Positions 39,376-53,750 of a stretch of DNA of 64,000 nucleotides are shown here, piece by piece. Position numbers and translations under genes: made by a program. The notes beneath the pieces were generated by a model that saw nothing but the letters and a program-made list of their open reading frames with translations, was not told the DNA's origin and searched no databases. How positions within the stretch are numbered: the stretch's first letter is position 1; the number at the start of each line of letters is the position of its first letter. Source of the stretch: Octopus vulgaris (lineage: Eukaryota). Where the stretch lies: contig OX597822.1 of NCBI GenBank assembly GCA_951406725.2, positions 51,460,001 through 51,524,000 of the forward strand. Direction: 5' to 3'.

Positions 39376-39667
39376 GCATTTATATATATTGTATATATAT
39401 ACATATATATACACGCAAAAAGTATGTATGTCAATGATTTCTATATCAATATGCATGTGTATTGGTATATATGTTCCTTTCCAAATTACTTCTTTAGGTA
39501 TATAAAGTAATTTATATACGAGGACAAATAAAGAGAAGACAAAAATTGAAGTTAAAAAAGTTAAAAAACAAAAATAAAATAAGTATATTATAACACAGAT
39601 TAGAAATAATATAAATTAAAATAAAAGAAATGGAATATACGCGTGTATATATATATAATATACACAC

Positions 39668-39778
<111 letters not shown>

Positions 39779-39796
39779 TATATACATATACATACT

Positions 39797-39867
<71 letters not shown>

Positions 39868-41762
39868 CCAGTCATTAAAACTTAGATTCCCGAAGTACAT
39901 CGTTGAGATTCAGATTCCCATTTTACGGGCTGTAATGGAGTTTATAATGAGCATATTATTAATCATAACACTGAAATGTAGCAAAGTTGAAAGTAGAGTA
40001 CGAGTTTGATTGTTGGTTGGAATCCATTTGTGTTAACGTTTGCATAATTAGATAAAAAAATTGTGATCACGGATTTTCCATGTAAAAATGAGATGGAAAT
40101 TGAATAAAAGTAGTAACAAAAAAAATCAGAAACCAAAAGGTGTTAAAATGATTGCGAAGAAACACGCTATATACTAAATTCATTTTAAATTTTTGTATGA
40201 TCCTGGTGAGATGAATCTCTTGTTCTTTTTTATATATTTTTAAACCATTTTTCCTCATTATCCTTTTTTGGCTTCTTCTTTCCGGTTTCTCTTACATTTA
40301 GATTTATCATTATATATACGCTATTTGTCAATGTGTATATGAGTTATAAGCTTCTTTTTGTTTATATTTTTCCCGTTTGCTTTACTCTTCCCTTGTTTTC
40401 GTTCATTGATTTCGTTTTTATTTTCTTATTTTCCATTCTGCACTCATAGGTAGTAATTTCTTTCTCTATACATGAAAACTCACGTTTTACGATCTCGAAA
40501 TTAAATTATACAATACACAAGATTGTTTTCACACTTTTTGTAACATCTTAACTGAATATGAAATGGGGGTTCATTGTTAACCTATATTACTCATTGTAAT
40601 TTGAGTGTTCTCGAAATATAAACCGATTTTATTTTAGAAATCCTTACATGAATTTATACATGTACAAATATACGGAATAATACGTAATACGGAATAATCT
40701 TTCAGAAGATTATGTTACTGAGCAAGAGAATGTATGCACTAAAACGAATAGAAAATTGAGGTAGTGTCGTGCACAACTATTGCGCAGGAATCAAATTTTG
40801 TAGTTATCTACAAAATTATTGACATCACCTAACAAAAAATATATATTTCGCATCATTATATCTTGCGTGCAGATCTTTCAACTGTTAGAATCGTATTCAA
40901 ATATGTAAGAAGTTGGCAATTTATTAAGATAATGCAAGACGTACTGGGTCCTGCAGTAAATATCTCAGAGAAATACAAATGAACACAGACATACTTACAC
41001 ACTTGTGAATATGTTTGTGCATTTATATATATAAGTGTTCGTGCGTTTGAGTGTGTGTATGTAAATACACGAGTGCTGTGTGTGTGAAACAAATCAATTT
41101 CAAACAAGCCAATAAATTAAATACAAATACAAAATAATCTGATAGATTAGTAGAGTTAATATTATTAGCTTAGCAACAAAAAAGAGGAAGAGTAAAATTC
41201 ATGGAGTGAAAGTATAACGTTTCGAACACAGTGCTTTGTCGTGTGTGTGAAGGTATATGCGTATATAATGTGGATATATAACAGTGTCTCTTACTAAACT
41301 ACCACATCATTTGTGTTCGTTATCTGCACCGACACATCGTGATTCTGCATATTCATGATTGCCACCAACTCACGGACAGCAGGGAACATTACCACATTGG
41401 GTATTCTACAAAGAATACTGCAACAGCGTCCAGCGACGTCCATACGAAAATGCTGCTTGAGAAAGTTATTGATCTCATACGGCGAAAGAGGCGGGAGATA
41501 TATATATATATATATATAATATTCAATCCTAGGCAAAACAATTTTCTTCAAAGGGATGGAAAACATCCAATTTCCACTAGTTCTTCATTTAACTACCACA
41601 ATTATAGAAGGGTAAAAATCAGAACTTAAAATTCACGATATAAATATTAAATGAAATAGAGAAATACTATTGACATATTAGAAATTTATTAACATTATAA
41701 TATAATATAATTATAGTATAAAAATATAATATAACATATAACAAATAATTAAAAGAAATATA

Positions 41763-41843
41763 TATCCAAAATTTGTTTCGATTCATATCGACTACTGAAT
41801 TTATAAAAAAATCATATTTATGTTTATGAATCTCATCAGGATA
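41763..41843 (-). ncRNA. Hammerhead with 8-bp stem II, cleavage site eroded
   Basis: tatc-CTGATGA-gattcata...tatgaatc-GAAA-caaattttg-gata; nearby minus-strand remnants encode DFYPSI / EIYPSI, resembling a PLE RT motif. Confidence 0.6.
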
Positions 41844-42269
41844 ATATTTGTCTAAAAAATAGACAAAGATTCCAGGCAAGGACTGCTAAATCATAATATG
41901 GACTGTATTAAAACATACCTGTTTACAAGCGCGAGCGTTAATAATTTTAAAATAAATATAATAAAAACAAGGCCAAAATTCAAATAGAAAAAATAAATTA
42001 GATAAACAAAACTATTACAACGGTTATAACATATTAAAAATTTATGATGGAGTAATTTCTATATACTGTTATAAAAACTATAGAAGGGTATATTTCAGTC
42101 ACACGTAATTCATAAAAAAACTTTTAATCAACGATTCCTTAATTCAAAAGTTTCTTCTAAATACGCCGATGTTAAGCATATGTATCAAGTTACGATTATT
42201 ATAAACAATATTATGTCTTATATGCGTGTGTTTGTGTGTTATGAGAACATGCAAAACGGTCACCACGGT

Positions 42270-42690
42270 TTCATTAGAATTTCAAATTTTGACACAAGGC
42301 CAGCAATTTAGGTGGCGCGTTAAGACAATTATCCTCACCTATGTGCCCAACTGGTACTATCGTCTGCGAAAGTATGACAGATAAAGTCGACCTCGTGACG
42401 TATGCATGTGCTTGTGTGTGTGTGTGTGTGTGTGTGTGAGCGTGCGTGCGTGTGTGTGTGTGGGCATGCGTGGTGTGTGTGTGTTTCAGTGGTTGTGAAG
42501 TGCCAGTAATGTAAGCCCGTCGGGAATATGCTTTGCGACATTTGTTCAAGTTCTTTGTGTTCTGAGTTCAAATTCACTATGTTAAACATTTTCCTCCTTT
42601 TGAAGTTGATAACACAAATTACCTGTCAGATACCGAGGTTGATGAAATTATTCCCTTCCCCCAATGTTTCAAGCCTGTGCTCTTGTTATA
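42270..42690. mobile_element. Degenerate SINE family B fragments (one per strand) around a (TG)n tract
   Basis: ataaagtcgacctcg (minus copy) and ttctgagttcaaattc (plus copy). Confidence 0.55.
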
Positions 42691-43123
42691 AACATTTCAG
42701 TGGTGGCCTAGATAAACATAATTCCCAAAGCAGTGTCGACAAAACATATATGTAATGTAAGGTAAATTCTTGATGTCTAAGAAATTTACCGCTAATCCGA
42801 CTCTTGATTCCATCAATTAATGTCTTTAGTTTACGTGTATTGTCTCTCACAAATGAAGTGTAAGAAACAAGTAGGTTCATTATCTATCTCGTTTATTAAG
42901 TGCAAACCTCTGTAATTAAGAAATCTAAACATCTAAGATATATTTTGTTTTATAGTTTGGGTAATAGATATATATAGTGTCAAAGGTCTCCTAATGTTAG
43001 AATGCCTTTCATTATATTTACTGACAGCTTCCGTTCAGAATTGATGAGGTTGCTGTGCATGTATAAATCTCCTCTGCGTGAGTCTGCTACTCTTAACAAT
43101 CACCCACCCTGAGAGTGGCAGAT

Positions 43124-43167
<44 letters not shown>

Positions 43168-44170
43168 TAAGTGAAAGACAGCTAAAGAAATTCAGCTTTG
43201 AAAAATGCTGAATATGAAGTTATTCACAGCATCAATATAAATAAAGTATAACTGATGAGATTTTAAATATTTTTGTTAAGTATATCATGTGTGTGTTAAT
43301 AATTAATTTTCTAACCGTGATAAATATGTTTCCAGTTAAGAACAATGTTCTGAATACCAGATCAAAATGCCACATGCAAATGTCACAATGTCCGTTACAG
43401 AATGTTTCATTTACATCGTTCATAAACTCAGTGGCTTATCTTATTAATAATAATTCTTATATCTACTAACATATTCAACATTGCATTGGCGATAAAATAA
43501 AAGATAGTCGTTCGTAACGTAACTTTCCGACTTTCAAAGTTGCTTTCTTGATTGAGTAAGAACTTTCAAGCTACAGTTTACTAAAATTGTGCAATCCTGA
43601 CATGAATTATAGATTCTATCTTGAATATATATGCATACAAGAATAAACAGGCGATATATTGTCTAGATATTTCAGGCGTCACTTGTGACAGGTCTATTGC
43701 TGCATATAAAACATAATGCTTATCTATCACTGTGATTGATTTTCATATCCAATTTATTGGTATTATCTTCCCCCTACATTCCGATGACAATAACAGTAAA
43801 ATTGTTGCTTACGCTAATGATCACTGTGATTGCCGTTATCAAAGGATTTAAACTGAAGACTTGAAGCATTTTTATTCATTATTTGTTTCTCTGCAGACAT
43901 CAGTATTATTTAATTAATGACTTACCTTATGTCATTGACACTGCTCGTTTTACTGTGACCAGGAATCATAAATAGCCCAGTTCAGACAACTAAAGTGGTA
44001 CTAACAATTAACATGACATCTTATGATTAATCTTATAATTATGGTTATACCGTATGTGTGTACGTCAGAAGAATTCGTTTTCCTAAGTGATAATCCTGGA
44101 ATGTCATTATCTTATACAATATCACAAATGTCCCCTTGTTAATCATTGGAATCATATTGTATGTGACATA

Positions 44171-44752
44171 AGGCGGCGAGCTGGCAGAAACGTTAGCACG
44201 CCGGGTGAAATGCTTAGCGGTATTTCGTCTGCCGCTGCGTTCTGAGTTCAAATTCCGCCAAGTTCGACTTTGCCTTTCATCCTTCGGGGTCGATTAAATA
44301 AGTACCAGTTACCCACTGGTGTCGATATAATCGACTTAATCCGTTTGTCTGTCCTTGTTTATCCCCTCTGTGTTTAGCCCCTTGTGAGCAGTAAAGAAAT
44401 ACGTATTTCGTCTGCCTATACGTTCTGTGTTCAAATTCCGCCGAGGTCGACTTTGCCTTTCATCCTTTCGGGATCGATTAAATAAGTACCATTTACACAC
44501 TGGGGTCGATATAATCGACTTAATCCGTTTGTCTGTCCTTGTTTGTCCCCTCTATGTTTAGCCCCTTGTGAGCAGTAAAGAAATAGGTATTTCGTCTGCC
44601 TTTACGTTCTGAGTTCAAATTCCGCCGAGGTCGACTTTGCCTTCCATCCTTTCGGGGTCGATAAGTTAAGTACCAGCTGCGTACTGAGTCGATCTAATCG
44701 ACTGTCCCCCTCCCCCCAAAATTCGGGTCTTGTGCTTAGAGTAGAAAAGAAT
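44171..44752 (+). mobile_element. Tandem trimer of SINE family B
   Basis: One full copy (44171-44400) followed by two head-less copies starting at gtatttcgtctgcc (~44403, ~44587); the last has a different 3' tail. Confidence 0.9.
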
Positions 44753-44811
44753 AATCGCTGCGTTGTCACTACTCGTACACAGTCCAAACTCCTGAGAACA
44801 AAGTCCAGCTA

Positions 44812-45927
44812 TCTCTCTATATATAAACGGCAGTTTGTCTGTCAGGTTGTACTCTCACCCTGACCACGGCTTTCAACCGATTCTGATGAAACTTGACACA
44901 CACATAGCCCAATGTCATAATTTAAAACTAACGCAGCGAAAATTTTGAAAAGTTCCCCCAGTTCTAAAAAAAATCGATAAATTCGACATGGGGTCGAGAA
45001 TCTAAGCTGTTTATATGCAACACATTTTCTGTTGTAGTTTTCGCAACTTGCAATCTATTTTCACCAAACTCATGGTGAAGCTTAATGTTACCCTAAGAGA
45101 CTTAATTCTGACGTTAGTTTTCCATGCAATACCTTACCATCAGAAAAAATCGATAAAATCATGCCATTTTGGGAAATCGCGTTCAAATTCAAGATGACAT
45201 ATTTTCGACAATATCTTTCACAAATTGGCAGGAATTTTTTTTTAATTCACAGCGAGCATCATGTCTGCTCCAAGGAGCTATATGGCCCTTTTTATTCCAA
45301 TAGGAGACTTTATTACTGGAAAAAATCGGTTAATTAAATCATATGTGGCACACATAGCAAACCGATTTGTGTATTAAACACAAACCACAGACTGTCTAGG
45401 GGACGCAACTCGACCTTTTTAACTCTCGGAACAAAAATGTACAAAAACGGCAAAAAAGCGGGCAGCAATGTGAGTGACAACAACGAAAAAGTCAAAAGTG
45501 ACCAAACTGAACAAACGAATGGAAAAGGTTTTTTGGTGCACACGACAAAAGCGGCTTATAATAAACCAAGAGTTTGCAAGTAGCGTCCGAGGACCCTTAG
45601 GGTACGTCAAAAATTTAAGGTAAAACGTTTGGGGTGGTAGTTATAAAGAAAGTTTAAATAAAAAAAGTATTCGAATAACTTGCGGCTGCAGCAGCTATTA
45701 GCAGAAGTAGCGGTGTTGGGGGTAAAGTCTCGAATGTAATTTCTTCCTGGTAGGAATTGGTTGGGTTGAATTATCGATAGCTGTTTGATAGTTATTTGGG
45801 AGTGAAGAGAAGACATTACAACCTACACATGCGCCTTCGTTCCCTGGAGGGAAAGGATTAGATTGGGATTAGTCGTTGCCTACTAGGGGCTCTTACATGC
45901 CCGGGCAACGCCGGGCTCTGCTGCTAG
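44812..45927 (+). mobile_element. Non-autonomous Helitron
   Basis: A|TCTCTCTATATATAAACGGC 5' end, caaccgattctgatgaaacttg subterminal motif, 3' hairpin cccgggcaacgccggg then CTAG|T; no TSD. Confidence 0.88.
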
Positions 45928-48207
45928 TTCAAAATAAATTTCAAAAAGTGAACGTCAATCGATAGAGATTTCTGAAGGCATTGATGGAGTCGTGTAATAC
46001 TTTGGCTCTACATGACAGAAAAAGTAGTGAACTGTTCATTCAAATCACAATAACTCGATTTTATATAGGAAGGATACATTGAATATTGGGATAAAAGATT
46101 GACTTTTCTTGATGCTAAATCAATTTAGTCTGGGAGTAATGAGAGAGAATATACGTGGTTGCTTGTCATGCATAAAAGTAAAGTAACTTATTTTTGAATT
46201 ACATGCTCTTGCTTAAAAGACAAATGAGAGTTTGTGTCACATGCACTTAGAACCACACTACTTCAGAATATAATCTACGTTGATTGTGGCTTGAAAGTTG
46301 ATTAAGCCAGTTTAATCAGTTTCATACCGGATTTATAGAACGTAAACAACATAAAGAATAGTATATAATTCCAGTACATATTTCGTTAGTTATTAATATC
46401 AATCGGAGATTTAAACTAGTTTGATCAGCAACATGCAATGATGCGATGGAAAAATTAGCCCGACAATTAATATGACTATCTGCTAAATGAATGATGTAAT
46501 TAAAAGGAAATTACAACAAAAAAACTCTAGTGTCAATTAAAATGAAATAATTACACATTTTAAAAAAATATCCGATTAACATGGTAAACCAATTAGAAAA
46601 CAAAATATTTTTTGAAGTTATATTCTTGTTACTCCGCTGCAAAACAAAAGCTACTTTAAATATAACTTGCGTAATAGCAAAAGCTTAATTATATAAAACT
46701 ATCCAATTAATTTCCATTCACGTTTCGCTAATTACTTCATGTGGAGACATTATTTATTGAAAATGCAGTCTTTTTTAATGCAAATATTTCTCCAACATAT
46801 ACGCTAAATGATAACATTATGATATTTTAGTAAGTTAAATACAATATATCAAGTCAAATACAATGAGTCACCCTCCATAATAAGACGTCTCTTCCTATTT
46901 GAGAGTAAATAATTATTATATTCAACAGCCCCAGCAAAAGGAGTCGATTACATTCAATATATTCTTTAAATTACATAAACTTGATTCGCTAAACCAGTCC
47001 GTATAGTAGTGAAGACCACGAAAAAAAAAATATTTGTTTTAAGTTGCTGTTACTCAGGGAGTGAATAGCCGCACCCATGATCTCAGAGTTGCCTCTATCT
47101 TCAAAAGAAGATAATGCATAGAGATCAAGTCTCGTTATTTCACTGCAGTAAGAGTTGAATGTAGTGCATCAATACATAAATGTGTGTTGTGTGCCTCTGT
47201 GCGTAAGTGAAACAACGAGGTTTGACTGGCGTGCGGCGACTGGATGTTTCCAACTAATGATTTCCTGCAGAATGAAATCATGTGATTTGAGAATTCCCGA
47301 GCCCACGGCAGAGACTGTACTCTGCTACGATCCATGTGCGTGTTTTTATGGAAGTGCTTATATGAGAGGATTCCACAAGATTAATACTGCAAGTTCGATA
47401 TAAAAATAACTCTTTGGTACTAATACTACTTCCGTCGCAAATAATTAATTTTAATGAGTCTGTCTGCTGGCTATCTGCGGCATCATTGTGAGAAAAGATG
47501 CTGATATTCTATGTATCGTAGCAGCGAGATTTGACTGGCATGTGGTGTATGCATGTAAATACGTATGTATGAAAATGAAAACAAATGAGTAGATTTTGGA
47601 GTGCTGGTACAATTCTCTTTGGGAGTTTATATTTCGATGAAAGCATTATCTATTATTTAAGTTATGCAATACATTCGGCAATTCCTAAGCTCACCAGGAA
47701 ACTTCTCAAAACGGAGTGACACAATGACTTGTTGTCTTCATTCGTTGTGTATATTTATAACGAAAATAAATGTCGGTTATGGAATGGAATGTATAATAAT
47801 TGAATTTGTTGCTGATTTTAATTAACGATTTCTGTAGTCATTTTTATTTATTTTTACTTCAAGCACTTCATTTTTCACTGTTGTTCCCTCTTGTGCTCAT
47901 TATACTGTCCCACTGTTGGTTGGTTCTGTACTCCAAAAATCTGACTTGGAGTTGTGTTGTTCACGTTTAAAGCAACACTGATAGACTAAAATTTACTAAT
48001 ACAGCAGTGTGACTCTTTCAATTTTGTCAGTGTATTGCAAATGTGGATGTTGCTTAAAACCAATCTCATCGCGAGAATTGTGAACAGGATTTCAAATACA
48101 AGGTCAGAGGCTTATTTATATTATAATCCGTAGTGAATGGCAATGATGTGAATAAATTATTGCTGTTCTTTGCATTATGATTTGGGATACGTTCGAAGAC
48201 TTTGCTT

Positions 48208-48314
48208 GGATCTTCCCTAGATTGACAATTAATGTAACAGGGCAATGTGGTGGACGGTTTTGGATCTTCCCTGGATTGACAATTAATGTAACAGTGCAAT
48301 GACGTGGACGGTTA
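48208..48314. repeat. ~54-bp tandem duplication
   Basis: ggatcttccct(a/g)gattgacaattaatgtaacag(g/t)gcaatg...gtggacggtt twice. Confidence 0.85.
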
Positions 48315-48911
48315 CCGTCGCTAAAACGTCGGACAGGGCTCATTGTTGTATTGCTCTGAGTTCTGTGTCCATATCTTATCGTTGATTACTTGGAGGTTAA
48401 ACATAAACTGTCGCTCGGTTTAATTGATTTCGTCACTTAAGCAGCGTCGTATTTGTTACAAGCATTCGAACTAGGTTTCTAGCTTAAAAATACATATATC
48501 CCTCTTTCAGATGTGTCTAGGTCCGCAAAAGAGTCATAGATACTAACTTCGTATTCCTACGAGACACAAAACGAGATCGTAGTTAGTGAGTTGTGATTAA
48601 ATATACAATTCCAGAGGAATAAAAACATAATTAAACTATTTCGGACTTAAAAAGCAAATTGTAAATGAACAAAACAACAAAGACTGCGAGTCACTTTCCC
48701 CATGCACCTACGAAAATACTTCCACCGACCTCTTCTCACCCTAGTTTGTGATTTGTAGTCACTATAATCATTGCATTTGGCTCTAGTAATTCTCATTCGA
48801 CACGCTAAGATTCGTTTTTATATTTAGTTTTCGAAATTCTGTGCGTGAATTCGTGGTGTGTTGGAGCATAATTGTTGTGTCTGTGGGGAGTCATTCTCTT
48901 TTAGTGACTTA

Positions 48912-50243
48912 CGAGGGGCGTTCAATAAGTAATGCCCCTGACCCACTTCCTATAGGAGTAGAGCAACGAAACCTGGCATGGTTATTAGTCTTTGTCTACA
49001 TAGGAAACACCCAGAGTTACGCATTTCTCCCATCGTTTGATGCAGCTCTAAAGACTGTTTTTGTAGAAAACCCCAGCTTGGTCCTCCAACCACGACGTGA
49101 CTTCAGAAATCAAGGCTGCATCATCTGGGAAATGCTTTCCTTTCAAAAATGACTTCATGGCTGGGAAGAGGTGAAAATCAGAGGGTGCAAGGTCAGGAGA
49201 GTAGGGGGTGGAGTTCATAGCCGCACACCTGTGCTTCTGATCTGGCGACAAGCAGGTTGTGGACCAGAGCGTTGTCCTGCAGGAGGAGGATGACTTTGCT
49301 GATCTTGCCCCGCCTCTTGATTTTGATAGCTTCTCTTAATTTCCTCAAAAGTGAAGCATAATAGGCTCCTGTAATTGTGGTACCCTTTGCCAGGAAATCT
49401 GTCATCACTATTCCGTCCTGGTCCCAGAAGACTGTGAGCATGACCTTGCCAGCGGAGGGCTGCATCCTTGCCTTCTTTGGAGGAGGTGAGTCACGGTGCT
49501 TCCACTGCATTGATTGGGCTTTGGTCTCTGGATCATAGTGATGGACCCAGGTTTCATCCTGTGTAATCAGTCTTTTGAAAACTTTTGACTCATCTTCTTG
49601 GCACATCTCCAAATTCATCCTCGTGCACTCGACGCGTTCTTGCTTCTGGAAAGGTGTGAGCAGCCTGGGAATCCATCTTGCAGACACCTTTTGCATATCC
49701 AAATGGTCATGAATGATAGTTTCCCCAGACCCGGTACTAATCTTGACCTCATGGGCTATTTGGTGAATAGTTATGCGTCGATCTTCCAAAATGGCAGCCT
49801 CAACTTGACGGACAGATGCCTCATCAATGGCAGAAGGGGGGGGACAAGATCTGGGAGCTGTTTCCACAGCGTTTTGACCATGTTTAATTTCACGATGCCA
49901 GCGTTTTACAAGGTCATATTATGGGGCATCATCACCATAAGTTACTTTCATTTCATCAAAAGTCTTCCGTGGTGTGCGTCCTTTCAAATACAAAAACCGG
50001 ATCACTGCTCGCGACTCAACAGGCTCCATTTCATACTTGACTCAGTTTAAACAGAAACCGCAATTAGTCCAGAGCTGTAATTTGCCACGTAATCTATAGA
50101 GATATCAATAATTACACATGCAAAATTTCAGCTAGATCAAATAGGTGGGTCAGAGGCATTACTTATTGAACGTCCCTCGTATAAGCACGTCCATAAAAAC
50201 AACTGCAAGTGGGTCAGGAGCATTACTTATTGAACGTCCCGCG
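48912..50243 (-). mobile_element. Mariner (DD34D, irritans/Hsmar2-like) with frameshifted transposase and a duplicated right TIR
   Basis: TA|cgaggggcgttcaataagtaatgcccctgacccac TIR; matching TIRs ending at 50179 and again at 50243, each followed by TA; motifs WIPRLLT, ITQDETW, KVMLTVFWD, LLQDNA, YSPDLAPSDFHLF. Confidence 0.93.
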
Positions 50244-51424
50244 TATTACTTAAAACACTCACCGGTTAGAGAGTCAATGCTTATTGAAGAAGTTGAAAGA
50301 CGTTACAAAAACTTTAGAAAAAAGTAAATAGGTTTATAAGAGGAATTCGAACCGGCGAATGTGTTAAGTAATAAGGCACTAAAAGAGAATGTTACTCCCC
50401 AAACATAATAAAATACTAAGATTCGTTCCTGTTTTAACAATCCATTTTTCCATTTCCCTCGATACCGTTTGCTGCTGAAGTCCGTACCCTTGCTAGCGTG
50501 ACCATGTACTCGCTATAAAAATGTTAATCATTTTCTATTTCTTTTAACTCTGCAACTGTTTGTGAAGAGTTGCTTTGAATAGAAGATTTGCATTGCGAAG
50601 AGCTGCATAACAACCCACATGGAATTTCATTATGACACTCAACAAACTGAATCTGATATTAATGACCGGTTGCCAGTTACTTATTCTTTATAAATGGCAT
50701 CCCTGTGGATTCAAATATGTGCATCTAAAATTACATTATAATAGGACATAGATGATGTAAAATATGCTTTCATGAAGCAATGTTTCAGAGCAACTGAATG
50801 CATTTAATTTAAGTAAACATAGCACTGTCTTATCAAATGATTCACGACATTCATATAATTTCATATATAGTACTACATAATCTTTTTCTAATTTTGTTAA
50901 GATTTAGGAAATATTTGATTTAGAAGATTGCTATGGTCTGAACATCAATACGGGCTACATTGAGAGGTACTGGTTAGAACAATGTTTTGCAAGTCTTAAA
51001 ACGTAGCGGTTAAAACATATTTTTGCATTTCTTAAAACGTACCGGATAGAACATATTCTTTGCACTTCTTTCAGAGATGGTAAATCAGGGATCATTGTCA
51101 AATAATATTCAGATCATCTTTTCATTATTCGTAAGGGTCCTATATTCACTCGTATTGTAATTATCTTGAGGTACCACATGATTTTGATTTCAAGGAGCAA
51201 ATCTTTGCGTTTTATGAACTTTTCCGCCATATTATGAATACAAGGGATCCACATTTCAATCGATCGCACATACTTTATTATTTTGGTCTTTTACACCAAT
51301 ATCAAATTTATTAGCTTTGATGGTCTTGACTGTATATACATTAAAGTCACAAACATTCTCTGTTCCAACCGGAAGGTGATCCTCAAACCACTTGTCAACA
51401 GTTTTGATTTTATTATGTCGACAT

Positions 51425-51640
51425 ATTGGCTTCAAATTTTGGCATAAGGCCACCAATTTCAGGTGAAGAATTGTAAGCTGATAACATCGACTCAAGTTCT
51501 CAACTGGTACTTAATTTATACATACTGAAAGAATGAAATGCAAACTCAACCTCGACAGAATTTGAACTCAAAACGGGAAAACGGACGAAATTCCAATAAG
51601 CATTTTGCCCGACTAATTATTCTGCCAGCTTCCCGCTTTT
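51425..51640 (-). mobile_element. Degenerate SINE family B
   Basis: actggtacttaattta...caacctcgacagaatttgaactca...tctgccagct = reverse of the family B head and core. Confidence 0.65.
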
Positions 51641-51649
51641 AATGCCATT

Positions 51650-53345
51650 ATATTAACAAATATAATCGGTACGTTGGAACTACTCTATTTTTCAACACAC
51701 TGGTTTTGCAGTTCCGGGTCAACAAGATTTTATCTTGAGCAGCTAAGATGAAATTTTTGCACTCTGAGTTATACTTTGAACTTTATTGTCACTGATGGGT
51801 GTGCTTATTATCAACACCAGCTTCTTTACTGCGGGCTACACATTTACCATACAGAGGTTTCCGCCCCACCTACTAAACAATTTTTCAAGAACTTTTTCTT
51901 TGCTATTAATTTAAATTCTTGGCAATAACAGTTGCCACGTTTCCTTCTGGATGCTTAAGCTGGATATCATTTATGCACTGAGTAGAAACTTGATCTCTTC
52001 TACGAGACAAAATGAAGCTTATTAGTCCTCTTCTGATTTTCACCAAGTTTCAGCATCAAATATCATAAAGTTTCTTTCAGTAAAAGCTGTAGAAATAAAA
52101 CTTTGGTACAGGTTTGATGTAATATACTTGAACTCGAAGGATATAAGAATGCATTTAAACGATCAGGTTCGGCATTCGTTAGTTAACCGTTGACTACGTA
52201 TCTCTTCACACTCTCAGTTTATACTATCCACAAGAGAGTACAAACTAACTGTGTGTAGAGGAATGTAGTCAACCATAATGCCCAAGATATTTCAAGACAT
52301 TTGGCCGCTATATTTTACGTGGTTTTGCAAGAAAGTTCAAAGCAGTGCAAGCCTCGTTCTCCTTGAGCTCTTGGAAGGTAAAGGCGATCCGTATCTGGCT
52401 CTGGTAGTGCATCATATTACAATTTACCAGCTTAAGTATATTTCTATTAATTTTTTTCATTTCATCGTTATTCAACTTCAGCGCATTGAAATTATAAGCA
52501 GCAACTGGAACTGCTATGTTATGTGCATTTAGCTCATATTTCAGAAATGCTTTTATTCTCCTATAAGACTTCTTCCTGATCTCCTTTACGCTTGCATCCT
52601 GAATACTAGAGCCTTCATTTATTCCTTGGTATTTATAGTTTTGTTCTTGTTCAAGTTTTACTTTCATCGCCTAAAAAATCTGAAAATTGGTTCATTTTCC
52701 AAATCTTCGTATTCTTTGAGCTGTTACTGAACATTTTGTTTCAGTATTTCTTCTGTTGATATCAGTTCTTCTCTTGATTCAAATCCATATTTTCTCTTCC
52801 TCATTCTTCATTTTCTGGATCTTACATCATTTCGAGATATTAGCTCAGTTGATATTCATATTTTCACTTATTAATTCAATCTCTTTTTCTATTTCACCCC
52901 CTGGTGTGACTATCTTCTCAAGATTGATTTTTTTCTTTTTCGAAGGCTTACTACTTGTTTCTTTTGCTTTAGTAGACGCGTAAATAATTTTCAGTAATAA
53001 TCGAATTTAACGTGCAATATCATTTGTTACATAGTTGTCAATTTTAATTTCCGTTTTATTTTGGTTTGTATTTGTGAGTTTATGATGCGGCACTCTATCA
53101 TTCATATTTACATGTCTTAAAACTGCATGTCTATTCAGAATTTTCTAATTCATTTCCATCATTAGATTCTTTGTGTTCTTCAGCCAAGTGTGGTCTTCTG
53201 ATTTTGTTTCTAAACCACTTTTCAGGCTACGTTTATCAAGTTCTTTAGAATTTCTTTTTTATTTCTTCAGATTGTTGCATGATTTGTTCAGATGACAGAT
53301 TTCAATTAAGATTCGTGGCTGGCTACTTTCGTCATCTGAATTTAG
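51650..53345 (-). pseudogene. Internally deleted R4/Dong-type LINE remnant
   Basis: YKYQGINE...EIRKKSYRRIKAFLKYELNAHN..AVPVAAYNF (RT thumb region of the R4 clade); 53180-53345 is duplicated at 54370-54530. Confidence 0.65.
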
Positions 53346-53431
53346 ATTTCTTTCCTTTCTTATGTTGTTGCTGTTCTTGCTGTTATTATTATTTAGTATT
53401 ACTATTATTAACATTATTATTATTATTATTC

Positions 53432-53750
53432 ACTTAACATCTGATTTATCTATCTCATGTCCCAGGTCCATCCCGCAGCTTAGTGACGCAAAAGTTTTTT
53501 CAATACATTAGCTGTTGAAAGAATAGCTGCCAATAGAATACTTCCTAAAAAGTTTGCTATTTGCAGCTTTTGACGGCAGAATATTTTTCTCTTTGAGATG
53601 GTCTCAAGTGTACCCATCACAAGAGGTACTGTACTCACTTTTGAGGCTCTATGGATTCCTTTCACTTCCAATCCTCAGTCACTTCCAATCCGCGTGCTTT
53701 CTCGCCATCTTTCTTTACAATATTCTGGTCTACAGGTATAACTACGTTCT
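53432..53750 (-). pseudogene. R4/Dong RLE C-terminal fragment ending in (TAA)n
   Basis: KVSTVPLVMGTLETI...AAILSTANVLKKLL* followed on the minus strand by a TAA-repeat tail at 53380-53430. Confidence 0.7.

Noticed and set aside
41294-41480. GC-richer segment with 90-96 aa ORFs
   Set aside because: The ORFs run through a TA tract and show no recognisable domain.
43740-43870. LINE RT YADD-like fragment (KIVAYAND)
   Set aside because: Single short degenerate motif with no supporting neighbours.
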